Shown piece after piece: positions 26,515 to 27,972 of a stretch of DNA of 27,972 bases. This DNA comes from a virus. Taxonomy: Duplodnaviria; Caudoviricetes. Where the stretch lies: positions 1-27,972 of the IMG/VR virus record IMGVR_UViG_3300005077_000090; one strand, given 5' to 3'. Within the stretch, counting starts at the first letter, position 1; each line of letters opens with the position of its first letter. The position numbers were made by a program, and so were the translations under genes. The notes under the pieces were generated by a model. That model had not been told where the DNA came from. It searched no databases and saw only the letters and a list, made by a program, of their open reading frames with translations.

Positions 26515-27075
26515 TCAATAGGCTACATGAGTAAATCTGCTGTACTTGATTAACTCATTGGTTTTCAGTGTGGTTCTCACAAACTCGTAAACTTGTGTAG
26601 GTGTTTTATTTGAGACTGTGATGTCTGCTGCTCTACCTTTAAGGTGGTAAGAGTTAGATGCTCCACCTACTTCTTTATTAAGTTCAGGACTACGGAATCC
26701 TGAAGTAATTCTCACTGGAGCTTTAGCCCATTCTCTAATTGGCTCTAGGACATAGAGACATAGATTTCTTAAATTAGCTACTTGATGTCTGTTAGGTGTG
26801 TTGTCTATGTCTAATCTTGTTGCTGTTTCTGAGACTATAAACTCTTCTAGAGTGAAGTGTTTAGATAGTCTTGTTTCTGTTTCGTTAGAGTCTACATGTG
26901 GAGTTAGATGTTCTTTGTAGACGTATGCTTTGAATTCAATGTGGTTATTGATTTCTGCTGTTGGTATGATTATTAGAGATTCATTAGCTGGTAATTGAAT
27001 GAACTCTTGTTCACCTAAGTTACTAACCATTTCTGGTCTTGTTTTAATTACTGTGAATGGTACTGCTGTGTACAT
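26515..27075 (-). CDS. Endolysin, peptidase M15A family (186 aa)
   Basis: LSKHFTLEEF, ITSGFRSPELN, SYHLKGRAAD (SxHxxGxAxD) and FTHV Zn-peptidase motifs. GGAGA RBS. Confidence 0.9.
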   Translation of the reverse strand: MYTAVPFTVIKTRPEMVSNLGEQEFIQLPANESLIIIPTAEINNHIEFKAYVYKEHLTPHVDSNETETRLSKHFTLEEFIVSETATRLDIDNTPNRHQVANLRNLCLYVLEPIREWAKAPVRITSGFRSPELNKEVGGASNSYHLKGRAADITVSNKTPTQVYEFVRTTLKTNELIKYSRFTHVAY

Positions 27076-27148
27076 GTTACTATCTCCATTTGTGAAAGTT
27101 GAGTGTAGAGTCTGCTGTAAGTTGCTAGTTATTTATGTTTTTAGGGGG

Positions 27149-27177
27149 TTGACAAATATAGAAAAGTATGCTATACT
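27149..27177 (+). promoter_or_regulatory. Near-consensus sigma70-type promoter, divergent from late operon
   Basis: TTGACA (27149-54), 17-nt spacer, TATACT (27172-77), with extended -10 TG and an AT-rich upstream tract. Confidence 0.85.
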
Positions 27178-27183
27178 TATTTT

Positions 27184-27662
27184 TAAGTTGATATGCTAAA
27201 TCTAGGCTAGATAGACGCATTAAGCCAAATCTAGGGGTTATAACTAGATGGATGCATACGGGTTATCCTGGTTAACTGCTTACTCCGGCAACCATATGTA
27301 AAAATAGGAGTCCATGGGAAGTCACTGTCACCAGGTTCATCACTTCCTAGACTTATACAGCGGATACCTCAAAGCAACCTCACGACAGTCAGAGTATTCG
27401 TTAAGTCAGATCTACCTAAAGCTAATGTTGTGTGAAATAAACAGTAACACGGTGTTAGATGTTAGTTCCCTGCACTAACAGGTCAACTCGAAAGCTTGTC
27501 TTACCTCTCCAGGGATTAAACTGTGTATAAAGTAAGGCACCTTAGAGAAGCATTCAGTAGTTAGAGGTTAATTACTGACCAGGCTAAATACTTAGAGACA
27601 ATGATTGGAGTGAGTCTCTAACCTAAAAAAACACTAATTTTGTTTAATTTTTGTTTTTTTAG
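27184..27662 (+). ncRNA. Candidate structured non-coding RNA of unknown family (ends approximate)
   Basis: Starts at the predicted TSS, has no ORF of 60 aa or more, and carries many nested complementary segments (see findings). Confidence 0.4.
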
Positions 27663-27682
27663 CCTAAGAAGATCTTCCATTA

Positions 27683-27781
27683 GAGCTTTCCATGCGTTTC
27701 CTTAATTTCCTTCTCTGTCAGCTTTAGTGAAGTTAAATAGAAAAAGCTGACATTTACTTAAAATTACAGCATGGAAAGCTC
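27683..27781. repeat. Nested inverted repeat
   Basis: GAGCTTTCCATGC (27683-95) / GCATGGAAAGCTC (27769-81) encloses TGTCAGCTTT (27716-25) / AAAGCTGACA (27743-52). Confidence 0.85.
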
Positions 27782-27810
27782 CAGTTACTTAAGTAGGCAC
27801 TTTATTAGTC

Positions 27811-27840
27811 ATACTACACTATACTACAGTGTACTACAGG
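27811..27840. repeat. 3 x 10-bp tandem repeat
   Basis: ATACTACACT ATACTACAGT GTACTACAGG. Confidence 0.8.
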
Positions 27841-27972
27841 CTCTTAATTGAGCTTAATCAGTTATTAGAGTGAGGCATTATGTCTAATGCCGAACGTAAT
27901 AGACACAGAAGTGACTTAATTAAGAATCCTAGGTTCAACGAAAAGTTGAACCGGAGATTACTTATAAGTATA

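Noticed and set aside
27314-27478. 54-aa plus-strand ORF (MGSHCHQVHH...)
   Set aside because: AGGAG is only 3 nt from the ATG and there is no recognisable motif. Kept only as an alternative to the ncRNA model.
27880-27972. Open frame MSNAERNRHRS... running off the window
   Set aside because: Only 31 codons are visible and the start lies in a hairpin. It cannot be judged without more sequence.
27184-27972. Assignment to tRNA, tmRNA, group I intron or HEARO/omega RNA
   Set aside because: No cloverleaf or tmRNA ends. GGTTCAACGA is part of a local hairpin. The short HEARO-like words are not in the expected order and no associated nuclease is visible.

Overview
This is part of a dsDNA podophage genome. 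Nearly all of it (1027..27075, minus strand) is one tightly coupled late operon. In order it encodes an M15 peptidase endolysin, a holin candidate, several small proteins, terminase large subunit, portal, scaffold, major capsid, T7 gp11-like and gp12-like tail proteins, four internal virion/ejection proteins (one with M23 peptidase plus lytic transglycosylase domains) and small distal genes. The left edge is the end of a convergent plus-strand operon of very small, ATGA-coupled genes. The right edge is about 800 bp of hairpin-rich DNA behind a near-consensus sigma70 promoter. The gene order recalls freshwater cyanopodophages of the Pf-WMP3/PP type, but that assignment is inference. The most unusual signals are: (1) near-elimination of lysine from three consecutive ejection proteins; (2) two pairs of 28-29 bp CIRCE-like palindromes spaced 66-67 bp apart; (3) a candidate large structured ncRNA; (4) one in-frame TAA splitting the muralytic ejection gene; (5) a chain of tiny membrane peptides missed by the ORF track; (6) sole cysteines facing each other across a gene junction.
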